Source: a virus (Duplodnaviria; Caudoviricetes). Taken from it: a DNA stretch of 55,573 nt. Positions 1-7,990 of the stretch are shown here, piece after piece (the first letter of the stretch is position 1; each line of letters begins with the position of its first letter). The notes under the pieces were generated by a model, which had not been told where the DNA came from, searched no databases, and was given only the letters and a program-made list of their open reading frames with translations. The position numbers were made by a program, and so were the translations under genes. Location: positions 1 to 55,573 of IMG/VR virus record IMGVR_UViG_3300036829_000239; one strand, 5' to 3'.

Positions 1-314
1 GTGAAGCCCTCGCCGGCGCTGGAGGTGAGCTGGTTCAGCAGGCCGCGGGCGCTGAACCCGGAGCCCATGTCCAGGTAGGACCGGGCGCTGTCTACCGCCT
101 GCTGCTGGGCGACCGTCATCGGCGGGACGGCCGGGGCGGCGTGCGTGGCGGCCGGCGCCGCCGGGCTGGAGGCCGCCGGGCTGGATGCCGCCGGGTGCGG
201 GGTGCCCGCGGCGGTGGTGCACGCGGCGAGGCCGGCTGCTGCCGTCCCCGCGAGTGCCAGCGCCGCGATTTTGCCGGTAATGGTGCTGCGTGCCGTACGG
301 GTCGTGGTCCTCAT
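1..314 (-). CDS. ltp: Ltp-family lipoprotein, putative superinfection exclusion (3' end beyond window)
   Basis: Translated by hand, not in ORF track: MRTTTRTARSTITGKIAALALAGTAAAGLAAC (lipobox LAAC), Ala/Pro linker, then QQQAVDSARSYLDMGSGFSARGLLNQLTSSAGEGF, resembling the Ltp repeat. Confidence 0.8.
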   Translation of the reverse strand, partial: MRTTTRTARSTITGKIAALALAGTAAAGLAACTTAAGTPHPAASSPAASSPAAPAATHAAPAVPPMTVAQQQAVDSARSYLDMGSGFSARGLLNQLTSSAGEGF

Positions 315-361
315 GGTGAGGTCCCCCTTCTCTCTCACCCCCCACCCTACCGTCCCCTGCC

Positions 362-373
362 TACACTTGTGTA
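362..373. promoter_or_regulatory. Operator-like motif copy 1 (TACACTTGTGTA)
   Basis: Perfect TACAC-TT-GTGTA inverted repeat upstream of a minus-strand TAGGGT -10-like hexamer. Confidence 0.7.
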
Positions 374-411
374 CTCCTGCCCGGCCGGGCTGCCCACCCG
401 GGCAGGCGGGA

Positions 412-446
412 GGCCCCGCCCCCCGCGCGAACGGGGGACGGGGCCC
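412..446 (-). terminator. GC-rich hairpin, likely terminator
   Basis: GGCCCCGCCCCC...GGGGACGGGGCC just downstream of 459..743(-). Confidence 0.55.
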
Positions 447-458
447 GGGCCGCCGCGC

Positions 459-743
459 CTACGGTGACTGCCGCCGGCGCGAGTGCGCGTCAGCCTGCCG
501 GTACAGCTCCAGCAGGCAGGCGGTGAGATCCTGCACGACATGCGTCTCGTCGTGGCGCCCGGCGTTCCCCGGCTCGTCGCCGTACCGCCGGCCGGCCGGC
601 GTGGCCGCCGGCGGCGTGCCGATCACGATCATCCCGCTGTCGTACACGGTCACCCGGAGGTCGGCGTACACGCCTGCCCCGTCCCGCGTCTCGTGAACCT
701 GCTGCTCCATCACCCTGCGCGCGTGCTGCGTGGACCACGGCAT
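459..743 (-). CDS. Hypothetical protein
   Basis: ATG at 743 with purine-rich RBS (GGAGAGAGGG). Confidence 0.65.
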   Translation of the reverse strand: MPWSTQHARRVMEQQVHETRDGAGVYADLRVTVYDSGMIVIGTPPAATPAGRRYGDEPGNAGRHDETHVVQDLTACLLELYRQADAHSRRRQSP

Positions 744-787
744 CTCGTTCCCCTCTCTCCTCCCCCTGACCCTACCGTCCGGCAGCA

Positions 788-799
788 CTCACTTGTGTA
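788..799. promoter_or_regulatory. Operator-like motif copy 2 (CTCACTTGTGTA)
   Basis: Same core and same downstream GGACGGTAGGGT (minus strand) as copy 1. Confidence 0.65.
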
Positions 800-908
800 C
801 TGTGCGGGCCGGGATGCCGGCCCGCCCCCGCCCCGGCCGCCCCGGACGCCCCTTTGGTACCCTCGGGGTGGGTCGCCCGGAGTTCTCGCCCGGGTTCCCC
901 TCTCTCAA

Positions 909-944
909 GAACGCCCCCCGCCGGGTAGCCGGCGGGGGGCGTTC
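909..944 (-). terminator. Hairpin terminator
   Basis: 16-bp perfect stem GAACGCCCCCCGCCGG-gtag-CCGGCGGGGGGCGTTC downstream of 961..1158(-). Confidence 0.7.
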
Positions 945-960
945 GAGGTTCACGCGGGGG

Positions 961-1158
961 CTACCCGCGGCGGCGGGGCTTCACGGCGTGCAGGGCGAAC
1001 CCGGCGGCGAGCAGGAACACCCACCACGCCCCGGTCGCCCAGATCCCTGCGGTGCCGGTGCCCCACTCGATCGCCGGCCAGAACAAGAGCGCTGCGGCGC
1101 CGAGCATCCAGAACGGGTTGCCGGGGTGTACGAGCGACGGCTGCCTGCGGTTCGTCAT
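961..1158 (-). CDS. Small membrane protein (2 TM)
   Basis: Two hydrophobic Trp-rich segments; abuts upstream gene. Confidence 0.7.
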   Translation of the reverse strand: MTNRRQPSLVHPGNPFWMLGAAALLFWPAIEWGTGTAGIWATGAWWVFLLAAGFALHAVKPRRRG

Positions 1159-1159
1159 G

Positions 1160-1345
1160 TCACTCGCCCCCCTCGTACCTGCCGCGGATCTTCTCGGTCT
1201 CGGCGTAGTAGCGGGCCATGTCGATCCGGCCGTCCAGCCGGCGGGCCAGCTCCGCTTCCTTCCGGTCCAGCAGCCGCCGGGTGCGGGCGACGGCGCGGAA
1301 CGCCTCGATCGCCAGGTCGGTGCTGACGGTCTGGGTCTCGCTCAT
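1160..1345 (-). CDS. Hypothetical protein
   Basis: MSETQTVSTDLAIEAFR..., GAGGGAG RBS. Confidence 0.65.
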   Translation of the reverse strand: MSETQTVSTDLAIEAFRAVARTRRLLDRKEAELARRLDGRIDMARYYAETEKIRGRYEGGE

Positions 1346-1359
1346 TGCTGCTCCCTCTC

Positions 1360-1632
1360 TCAGTTGATCCGGTGCGCGTACCGCTTGCACGCGGTGGTGC
1401 CGCTGACGCCGAGGGCGAACCCGATGTCGGTCCACGTGTAGCCGGCGTCGCGGAGCCTGCGCGCGGTGCGGAGCGCCGCGTCTTCCAGCTCGCGGGCGAG
1501 GTTCATCATCTCGGCCATCGCCCACGGGTCCTCCTCCGCTGCGCGGGTCTCCAGCGCGCGGACCTGGCGGCGGATGCCGGACACCAGCTCCTCGGTGTCC
1601 CTGCGCGGGCGGGCGGTCTGCCCGGTGCTCAT
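1360..1632 (-). CDS. HTH DNA-binding protein
   Basis: C-terminal LRDAGYTWTDIGFALGVSGTTACKRY helix-turn-helix pattern. Confidence 0.75.
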   Translation of the reverse strand: MSTGQTARPRRDTEELVSGIRRQVRALETRAAEEDPWAMAEMMNLARELEDAALRTARRLRDAGYTWTDIGFALGVSGTTACKRYAHRIN

Positions 1633-1721
1633 CTGGTGGCGGCGGCGATCAGCACCGCGTACCCGGCGATTAGCAGGACGCACACGGTGCAGACCACGGC
1701 GGTGACGGTGCTGCGTGCCAT
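1629..1721 (-). CDS. 30-aa single-TM peptide
   Basis: MARSTVTAVVCTVCVLLIAGYAVLIAAATR; GAGGGG RBS; ATGA overlap with next gene. Confidence 0.5.
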   Translation of the reverse strand: MARSTVTAVVCTVCVLLIAGYAVLIAAATR

Positions 1722-1785
1722 CTCAGTTCCCCCTCGTGCTCATCTGGCGGCTCCCTCTCTCACCCCCCACTGTACCCGACCGGAA

Positions 1786-1797
1786 CACACTTGTGTA
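1786..1797. promoter_or_regulatory. Operator-like motif copy 3 (CACACTTGTGTA)
   Basis: Upstream of leftward operon, minus-strand TACAGT -10-like hexamer nearby. Confidence 0.7.
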
Positions 1798-1845
1798 CTG
1801 CTGGCGGCTGATCTGACCTGGGGATTTAAAACGTTTTCCCAGGGA

Positions 1846-1954
1846 CCGTTCCCGCGGCGGGAACCGGTTTCCGCGGCTGAGCGCCTCACGGTCGGCTCAG
1901 GTGTCCCGGTTACCCCCCGGGACGTGCGGGGGGCTTACAGGCGCTCTCCGCCAC
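1846..1954. repeat. ~110-bp element, copy A (inverted relative to 17343..17450)
   Basis: First 20 nt identical and last 39 nt 36/39 identical to the reverse complement of copy B. Confidence 0.85.
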
Positions 1955-1979
1955 TCCGGCAGGCGCACCCCGGCGGGGC

Positions 1980-2072
1980 AAAAAAAGGCCGGCCACCCTG
2001 CGCGGCGGCCGGCCTTAAAGGCTCGCGTGTGAGGTGAGCCGGCGTTGAAGCTCTCTACCGGGAGTCAACGCC
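1980..2072 (-). ncRNA. Putative three-hairpin small RNA ending in an intrinsic terminator
   Basis: Minus strand: GGCGTTGA..TCAACGCC, GGCTC..GAGCC, GGCCGGCC..GGCCGGCC + T7; TAGTGT -10-like just upstream. Confidence 0.5.
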
Positions 2073-2292
2073 GAGGACACTACCAGGCCCGGCGGCCGGG
2101 CGGGGGAAGATAACGGGAAGTTGTTGACACGGGGTGTGATTACCCACTACAGCCCCTGTAATTACTGGGCGTTATGCCTGTGCCGTGTCCGCCCGCGGGG
2201 GTAGGGTTTCACCACACGGGGGGGAAAATTTAGGCCGGCCACCTTTGCCCTAGGTGACCGGCCCCGAACTACCCTGCGAAGGAGTTCTTTCG

Positions 2293-3237
2293 TTGAGTAC
2301 TGTATCAGCCCCGGTATCCACATGTCCGCAGACCCCCGTGATGGACGAGCCGTACCGGTCGCCGGAGGGCACCTTCGAGCGCATCCGCAAGTCGGTGCTG
2401 GAGGACTACACCCTCACCGGCGATGAGATGCAGGTTTTGATGTACGCCGCCGCCAAGCCTCCCGGCTGGGAGTTCCACGAAGGCGCGGTAGTCCGCGAGA
2501 CCGGGTGGACCGCGTACAAGGTCGGGAAGGCGTTCACCGGCCTTCGCAAGCGGGGCTACCTCAGGCGCGAGCAGGAGCGCGACGAGCGGGGCCGCGCCGT
2601 CCGGTGGGTCACCACGCTGAACCGCGATGTGCTGATAGCCCCGGACAAACCGCAGGCCAGGACCACACTCCCGGGATACGGCATTGTGGCTGTGACCAGC
2701 GAGGACACCAGGTCTTCCCAGGTCGGGACCACAATGACGGAAAACCACTCAGTGGAATTTCGACCCCCTAGAGAGAACTCAGGGTTTAGCGACGACTCAC
2801 CAAACCCAACCCGTAGTCCCGTAGTCAGTCATCTGCAGGTACGTAACGCGCGGCCGGCCGGCGACGATGACCTGATTCCAGCCGTCACCGCCGCAGTCCG
2901 CGCGAAGACCGGGCGGGAGATCCCCCCGGACCTGGCCTCCGCCGTCGCCGCGAAAGTGCTCGCCCGGGCCGGGAGATCCGGGACACCCGTGCACCGCCCC
3001 GCCCGCTACGTCGCTGCGGCGGTGGAGGACGAACCGGACCTGTACGCCGAACTGCTGCTCGACCCCCCGCCGCCGCTCGCCGCAATCCTCGCCGCCGGGC
3101 CGGCGTACGGCGGCGGGCATCACCCGTTCGACCCGGACCCGAACGGTGACTGCCGGCAGTGCCCGCTGAAGGAATCGAACTCGTGCCACGATACGGGACA
3201 GGCGCTTGATCCCCGCCTGGAGGCGGTGCTGGCGTGA
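2293..3237 (+). CDS. Phage replication initiator (N-terminal winged HTH)
   Basis: FERIRKSVLEDYTLT...AKPPGWEF...AFTGLRKRGYL fits actinophage Rep/HTH pattern; in-frame TTG 2293 has GAAGGAG RBS (alternative ATG 2341). Confidence 0.7.
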   Translation: MSTVSAPVSTCPQTPVMDEPYRSPEGTFERIRKSVLEDYTLTGDEMQVLMYAAAKPPGWEFHEGAVVRETGWTAYKVGKAFTGLRKRGYLRREQERDERGRAVRWVTTLNRDVLIAPDKPQARTTLPGYGIVAVTSEDTRSSQVGTTMTENHSVEFRPPRENSGFSDDSPNPTRSPVVSHLQVRNARPAGDDDLIPAVTAAVRAKTGREIPPDLASAVAAKVLARAGRSGTPVHRPARYVAAAVEDEPDLYAELLLDPPPPLAAILAAGPAYGGGHHPFDPDPNGDCRQCPLKESNSCHDTGQALDPRLEAVLA

Positions 3238-3569
3238 CCGGGGTCCGTGAAGCGCCCCGCGAGCTGCTGGCCCTCGCCGCCGCGATGCGCGGGGACTGGG
3301 ACCGGGACGAGACCCGGGACGCGCTGCTGGCCTGCCGCGCCGCCGGCTGGGAGTTCACCCGGACCGTCCTCGCGGTGGCCCGCCTGCTGGTCCGGGAGGA
3401 CTCCGCGCCGCGGGAGCTGGTGCACGCGTGCAAGCCCCCGTTCGCCGCCCCGGGGCGTCCCGGCAGCCTGGACGCCGGCCTGCGGTCGGAGGCCCTGCAA
3501 GCCGCCGAGGCCGCCACGAAGGCACAGCGGCGGCGGGCACGCGGCCTGGAGCCCGGGAGCCCGGCATGA
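3234..3569 (+). CDS. Hypothetical protein
   Basis: GTGA overlap with rep stop. Confidence 0.65.
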   Translation: MTGVREAPRELLALAAAMRGDWDRDETRDALLACRAAGWEFTRTVLAVARLLVREDSAPRELVHACKPPFAAPGRPGSLDAGLRSEALQAAEAATKAQRRRARGLEPGSPA

Positions 3570-3847
3570 ACGACCGGGCACGATGGCTGGAGCGCCGCTG
3601 GCTGCAGCGGCGGCGGCTGGAGCGCCGCCGGCAGGCCCTCACGGAGCGGGACCGCGTGATCGGCGCCGAGGCCGCCCGCGCGCACGCAGCCGCCCTCGTC
3701 GGCGAGGCCGTCGCCGCGCTGGCCGGCGCCCTCGGCCCGGGTAAGTACCCGGTGTGCCGGCGCTGCCGGCGGGCGGTCCCGCCGGACCGGCGGACCTGCC
3801 CGCACTGCGGCGCGAAAGACAGGAACGAGGAAGGCGGCGGGCAGTGA
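3566..3847 (+). CDS. Zinc-ribbon protein
   Basis: CRRC...CPHC; ATGA overlap. Confidence 0.65.
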   Translation: MNDRARWLERRWLQRRRLERRRQALTERDRVIGAEAARAHAAALVGEAVAALAGALGPGKYPVCRRCRRAVPPDRRTCPHCGAKDRNEEGGGQ

Positions 3848-4387
3848 ATGAGTGACAATGTGACGCCGTTCCGGCGGCGTGAGCCGGAGCCGCCGCCGGC
3901 GGATGAGGCGGCGCTGCACCGGCGCGTACAGCAGGCACAGCCCGGTGCCAGGGCGCTCGCAGCCGGGCAGGCCGCAGCCCGGCGGGAAGGTTACCTGGCG
4001 GCGCTTGCCCGGCAGAAGAACGAACGGCTCATCGCCACCGGGAAGATAGTCCCGGCCCGCATCACGATGGCCCTCGACCTGCGCGGGCTGGAGGGCCCGG
4101 AGGTAGACCTCATGTGCGGCGCCGCCGAGCCCGACGTGGACATGTGGGAACTCGGCCTGGCCGTGCCCTCACCGGAACAGCTGGCCAGGCTGGCCGCGCT
4201 GACCGGCTTCACCGTGGCGTGGTTCTACCACCCGGTGAAACCGGGACCGCTGACGGGATCCGTTTACATGTGCGGCCCCGGCGGGTGCGAGGCCGGCGAG
4301 CCGGACGTGGTAGACGAGAACGGGGTGCTGCTCTACGGCGGCAGGCCGCGCGGGCTTCCGCCGGCCGCGCAGGGAACGCTGTTCTAG
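3848..4387 (+). CDS. XRE/Cro-like HTH protein
   Basis: RITMALDLRGL...VDMWELGLAVPSPEQLARLAALTGFTVAWF. Confidence 0.65.
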   Translation: MSDNVTPFRRREPEPPPADEAALHRRVQQAQPGARALAAGQAAARREGYLAALARQKNERLIATGKIVPARITMALDLRGLEGPEVDLMCGAAEPDVDMWELGLAVPSPEQLARLAALTGFTVAWFYHPVKPGPLTGSVYMCGPGGCEAGEPDVVDENGVLLYGGRPRGLPPAAQGTLF

Positions 4388-4400
4388 CGCCGGCGCCGGT

Positions 4401-4436
4401 TTGAGCCCGCAGAGCCCCGTACTATACACTTGTGTG
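4401..4436 (+). promoter_or_regulatory. Sigma70-type promoter overlapped by operator copy 4
   Basis: TTGAGC-18 bp-TACACT; TACACTTGTGTG at 4425-4436 overlaps the -10. Confidence 0.6.
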
Positions 4437-4498
4437 TGTTGGGCAGGCGGAGGGGACGGTCCTCCCCGCAGCCCGCAGCCGCGGGAGAGGCGGAGCAC

Positions 4499-5656
4499 AT
4501 GAGCGAGAACATCACCACCATCAGCCGTACCGGCCTGGAGGGCCTCCGGGAACTGCTCACCACGCAGCGGACCCGCCGGGTCGACCTGATCGCCCCGGCC
4601 GCCAGGATCAGCTACGACGGCGGCATGCTGCGCGTGGACACCGACCAGGTGGTCATGTCCGGCGACGGCGTGACCAGCGCCGGCGGCTGGTACGCCCCGA
4701 CCGGCGTGTTCGACGAGGGCGCGGGGGAGACGCTCGGCGTGCCCCGCCAGTTCATGCGGAAGCTCCGGGAGGAGGGCCGGACCGAACTCCTCGACCAGAC
4801 CGTCAACCACTTCCTGCACGGCAGCAGCGACGGGACCGTCCCCGGCGACCCCCGCAGCTTCATGACCCGCCTGTTCCGGGGAGACGACACCGGCGGCGGC
4901 GTCGCCCGCGCGTTCCTCTCCGACCGGTACAAGCCGATCGACCACCTCGACGTCCTCGTCTCCGCGCTGAACGGGATCCGCGACGCGGGCGCAGCCGTGG
5001 AGATCGGCCGCTGCGACATCACCGAGCAGCGGATGTACGTGCAGGTGAGGTCACCGGAGGTGGCCGCGCTCGCCCCGGAACTCCTGAAGGGCTACCGGTC
5101 CCCCTACACCGGCGCGGCCGCCGATGACAACCCCGTCGTGTTCGCCGGCTTCGTCATCTCCAACTCCGAGACCGGCCGCGGCGCCGCCACCCTCACCCCC
5201 CGCCTGACGGTGCAGGTGTGCGGCAACGGCATGACGCTGACCAGGGACGCGATGCGCGCCGTGCACCTCGGCACCAGGCACGAGGAAGGGATCGTCCGCT
5301 ACTCCGCCGACACGCTGGAGAAGGAACTCGCGCTGGTGACCGCCAAGACCCGCGACGCCGTCGCCACCTTCCTCGACGCGGACTACGTCACACGGCAGCT
5401 CCGCGCGATGGAGGAGCAGGCCGGGGCGAAGGTCACCCGGCCGGAGGAGACGGTGAAGCAGGCCGTCCGCGCCGCCGGGGTGCCGCTCGCGCTGGAGGAG
5501 GACGTGTTCGCCGCGTTCATCAAGGGCGGCCAGCTCACCGCCGGCGGCATCATGCAGGCCGTCACCGCCGTCGCCCGCGACCTCGGCGCGGACGCCGCCT
5601 ACGACCTGGAGGGCAGGGCCGCCGGCGTGCTGGCCGCCGCCGCCAGGCTCGCCTAG
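4499..5656 (+). CDS. DUF932-family protein
   Basis: RAFLSDRYKPIDH, GFVISNSETGRGA, RLTVQVCGNGM motifs. Confidence 0.8.
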   Translation: MSENITTISRTGLEGLRELLTTQRTRRVDLIAPAARISYDGGMLRVDTDQVVMSGDGVTSAGGWYAPTGVFDEGAGETLGVPRQFMRKLREEGRTELLDQTVNHFLHGSSDGTVPGDPRSFMTRLFRGDDTGGGVARAFLSDRYKPIDHLDVLVSALNGIRDAGAAVEIGRCDITEQRMYVQVRSPEVAALAPELLKGYRSPYTGAAADDNPVVFAGFVISNSETGRGAATLTPRLTVQVCGNGMTLTRDAMRAVHLGTRHEEGIVRYSADTLEKELALVTAKTRDAVATFLDADYVTRQLRAMEEQAGAKVTRPEETVKQAVRAAGVPLALEEDVFAAFIKGGQLTAGGIMQAVTAVARDLGADAAYDLEGRAAGVLAAAARLA

Positions 5657-5670
5657 CCAGCCAGCAGAAC

Positions 5671-5702
5671 GTCAGGGCGGCCCCGGCAGGGGTCGCCCTG
5701 AC
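5671..5702 (+). terminator. Hairpin terminator
   Basis: GTCAGGGCGGCCCC-ggca-GGGGTCGCCCTGAC. Confidence 0.6.
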
Positions 5703-5736
5703 CCGTACCGGGACAGAACGAAGGGAGCGGTGGAGC

Positions 5737-6042
5737 ATGGCGGAGATCGTGCACACGCTGATTTACGACGACGACGGCGTCCGGCTGCTGTTCATGGAGG
5801 ACATCGCCGTCAAGGCGCACGTCAAGGAATCCTCGGTCCGCAGCTACAACGCCGCCGCCCGCCGGAACCGCAGGAACCGGAAACCCATGCCGTTCGACAT
5901 GCCGCCCGCCACCCGGCGGGTCCGCCGCACGTTCATCAAGGGCGACGGGCAGCCGCTGGTCGTGCAGACCCCGGTGTGGCGGGAAGACAGGATCGACGCC
6001 TGGCTGGCGTCCCGCCGGCCGTCCGGCAGGGCGACCGCGTGA
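5737..6042 (+). CDS. AlpA/excisionase-like DNA-binding protein
   Basis: LLFMEDIAVKAHVKESSVRSY...PVWREDRIDAWLASR. Confidence 0.55.
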   Translation: MAEIVHTLIYDDDGVRLLFMEDIAVKAHVKESSVRSYNAAARRNRRNRKPMPFDMPPATRRVRRTFIKGDGQPLVVQTPVWREDRIDAWLASRRPSGRATA

Positions 6043-6302
6043 CCCCGCCCGGCCCCCGCCGCGGCGACGGCCTGAACGACGCCGCCGTGCTGTTCCTCGT
6101 CACCTGGCGGAGCACCTTCCGCGACCTGTTCGCCTACTACGACTTCACCATGCAGTGCGCCGAGGCCGACGCCGTGTGCGCGCTGTACCGCGCGGCGGGC
6201 GAGGACGACACCGCGCAGGCCATCATGGAACTGCACGCCGCGCACGACACTGAAGAGGACGAGCACTACCGGCCCCCCGGGCAGAGGGAGCAGGACCCAT
6301 GA
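6039..6302 (+). CDS. Hypothetical protein
   Basis: 4-bp overlaps on both sides. Confidence 0.65.
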   Translation: MTPPGPRRGDGLNDAAVLFLVTWRSTFRDLFAYYDFTMQCAEADAVCALYRAAGEDDTAQAIMELHAAHDTEEDEHYRPPGQREQDP

Positions 6303-6907
6303 CCGAGAACGCGTTCCGCCTCGCCGCGCAGACCTACGACGAGGCCATCCCGCTCAGCGACCTCACGGAACATCCCGACAACCCGAACCAGGGGGACATC
6401 GGCGCCATCGCCGAGTCGCTGGACGAGCACGGCTTCTACGGCGCCGTGATCGCCCAGCGGTCCACCGGCCGCATCCTCGCCGGCAACCACCGGTACCGCA
6501 CCGCGCAGCTCAAGGGCGCGCCGTCCGTCCCCGGCTTCTGGCTGGACTGCGACGACGACGAGGCCAGCCGCATCCTGATGGTCGACAACCGGACCACCCA
6601 CCTGGCCACCTTCGACGAGGCGAAGCTGGTGGAACTCCTCACCTCGGTGGCCGGCACGCCGAAGGGCCTGGCCGGCACCGGCTACGACGGCGACGACCTG
6701 GACGACCTGCGGCAGATGCTGAACCCGCCGGACCTCGGGAAGCTCGGCGGCGGCGGCGGCCCGTCCGAGGACGACCTGTGGCCGGTGCTGAAATTCAAGG
6801 TGCCGCCGGACAGGCGGGACCGGTTCTACGAGATCACCGACGACGCCGCCGACACGACCGACGCCGGCCGGTTCCTGCACCTCCTCGGTGCCGCGGAGGA
6901 GCAGTGA
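6299..6907 (+). CDS. ParB/Srx-like N-terminal domain protein
   Basis: HPDNPN..GDIGAIAESLDEHGF...ILAGNHR...DNRT. Confidence 0.9.
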   Translation: MTENAFRLAAQTYDEAIPLSDLTEHPDNPNQGDIGAIAESLDEHGFYGAVIAQRSTGRILAGNHRYRTAQLKGAPSVPGFWLDCDDDEASRILMVDNRTTHLATFDEAKLVELLTSVAGTPKGLAGTGYDGDDLDDLRQMLNPPDLGKLGGGGGPSEDDLWPVLKFKVPPDRRDRFYEITDDAADTTDAGRFLHLLGAAEEQ

Positions 6908-7065
6908 GCGCGGCAAGGACGCTCCCGGCCGCGTGCCCGGTGTGCGGCGCGGAGCCGCGCCGGCCGTGCCGGAGGCTGGAGAACACCTACGGCGCGCGGG
7001 TGCCGCGGGAGCTGTCCGCCGTGCACAGGCGGAGACAGGAGACCTTCGATGCCCGCTCAGCCTGA
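6904..7065 (+). CDS. Small zinc-finger protein
   Basis: CPVCGAEPRRPC...H; overlaps both neighbours. Confidence 0.6.
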   Translation: MSAARTLPAACPVCGAEPRRPCRRLENTYGARVPRELSAVHRRRQETFDARSA

Positions 7066-7990
7066 CGGCGTGTGGCGGGTCCTGGTCTCCTACTGGTACT
7101 GGAAGAAGCGGGACCTCGGCAAGTTCGCCGGCTCGCCGTGCCCGGTCCGGCTGTTCGCCGACTCCGGCGCGTACTCCGCGCACACCCTGCGCGGCGGAGG
7201 GGAAACCATCCGGCGGGAAGACTACGCCGCCTGGCTGAAAGACTGGGGGCGGCACCTGACCGTGATGGCCAACCTCGACGTGATCGGGAATCCCCGCGAC
7301 ACCGCCAGGAACCAGCTGTGGTTCGAGGAGCGCGGCCTGCCCGTCATCCCCGTCTACCACGGCACGTCCCCGCTCGCGGAGCTGGAGGCGCTGTGCCGCG
7401 ACCACAGGTACGTCGCGGTCGGCGGCACCGCGTCGCTGCACGGCCGCAAGGCGCTGCTCGCGTTCACCGCGAAATGCGCGCTGATCGCCCGGGAGCACGG
7501 CGCGGTCCTGCACGGCTTCGGCCGGTCCGGTAACGAGGACCTGCTGTCCATCCCCTTCTACTCCGTCGACTCGTCCTCGTGGATGCAGGGCGCGCGGTTC
7601 GGGCAGCTGCAGGTGTTCGACGGCCGCCAGATCCGCTCCCTGCCCGTCGCGGAAGCGGTGAGGCAGCCCGTCCTGCTCCGGCAGCACGGCGCCGACCCGC
7701 AGCGGATGAGCCGGGCCGACTACGGCAACCGGGGCACCAGGTTCGGCTACAAGCGCCCGGAGGAGGAGTTCTGGCGGGAGAAGCACGAAAGCCTGTTCGT
7801 CGCCGCCGTCGCGTGGAAGCGGTTCGAGGCGTACCTCCGCCGCCGGCACGACGTCGCCCCGCCGCCCGGCCAGCCTGCCGCAGACCGGGGGACGGTCACC
7901 TGGTTCGCCGACGACGTGTTCCGCCACCACCAGCAGGCCATGCGCGCCGTCGCATGGCTGTCGGGAAAGGACGCCAGTGAAACCGCGTGA
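7049..7990 (+). CDS. dpdA: DpdA-like 7-deazaguanine DNA transglycosylase (TGT fold)
   Basis: FADSGAYS, LDVIG, PVYH, VAVGG, HGFG, FYSVDSSSW; adjacent to queC/D/E/folE. Confidence 0.85.
   Translation: MPAQPDGVWRVLVSYWYWKKRDLGKFAGSPCPVRLFADSGAYSAHTLRGGGETIRREDYAAWLKDWGRHLTVMANLDVIGNPRDTARNQLWFEERGLPVIPVYHGTSPLAELEALCRDHRYVAVGGTASLHGRKALLAFTAKCALIAREHGAVLHGFGRSGNEDLLSIPFYSVDSSSWMQGARFGQLQVFDGRQIRSLPVAEAVRQPVLLRQHGADPQRMSRADYGNRGTRFGYKRPEEEFWREKHESLFVAAVAWKRFEAYLRRRHDVAPPPGQPAADRGTVTWFADDVFRHHQQAMRAVAWLSGKDASETA

Noticed and set aside
1842-1867. GGGACCGTTCCCGCGGCGGGAACC loosely resembles a type I-E CRISPR repeat (similar palindromes at ~17432 and ~49449)
   Set aside because: No array, spacers or cas genes; loop too short; better explained as part of the 110-bp element
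6299-6907. ParB as a plasmid partition system
   Set aside because: No parA or HTH seen; ParB-like genes commonly precede phage DNA-modification clusters
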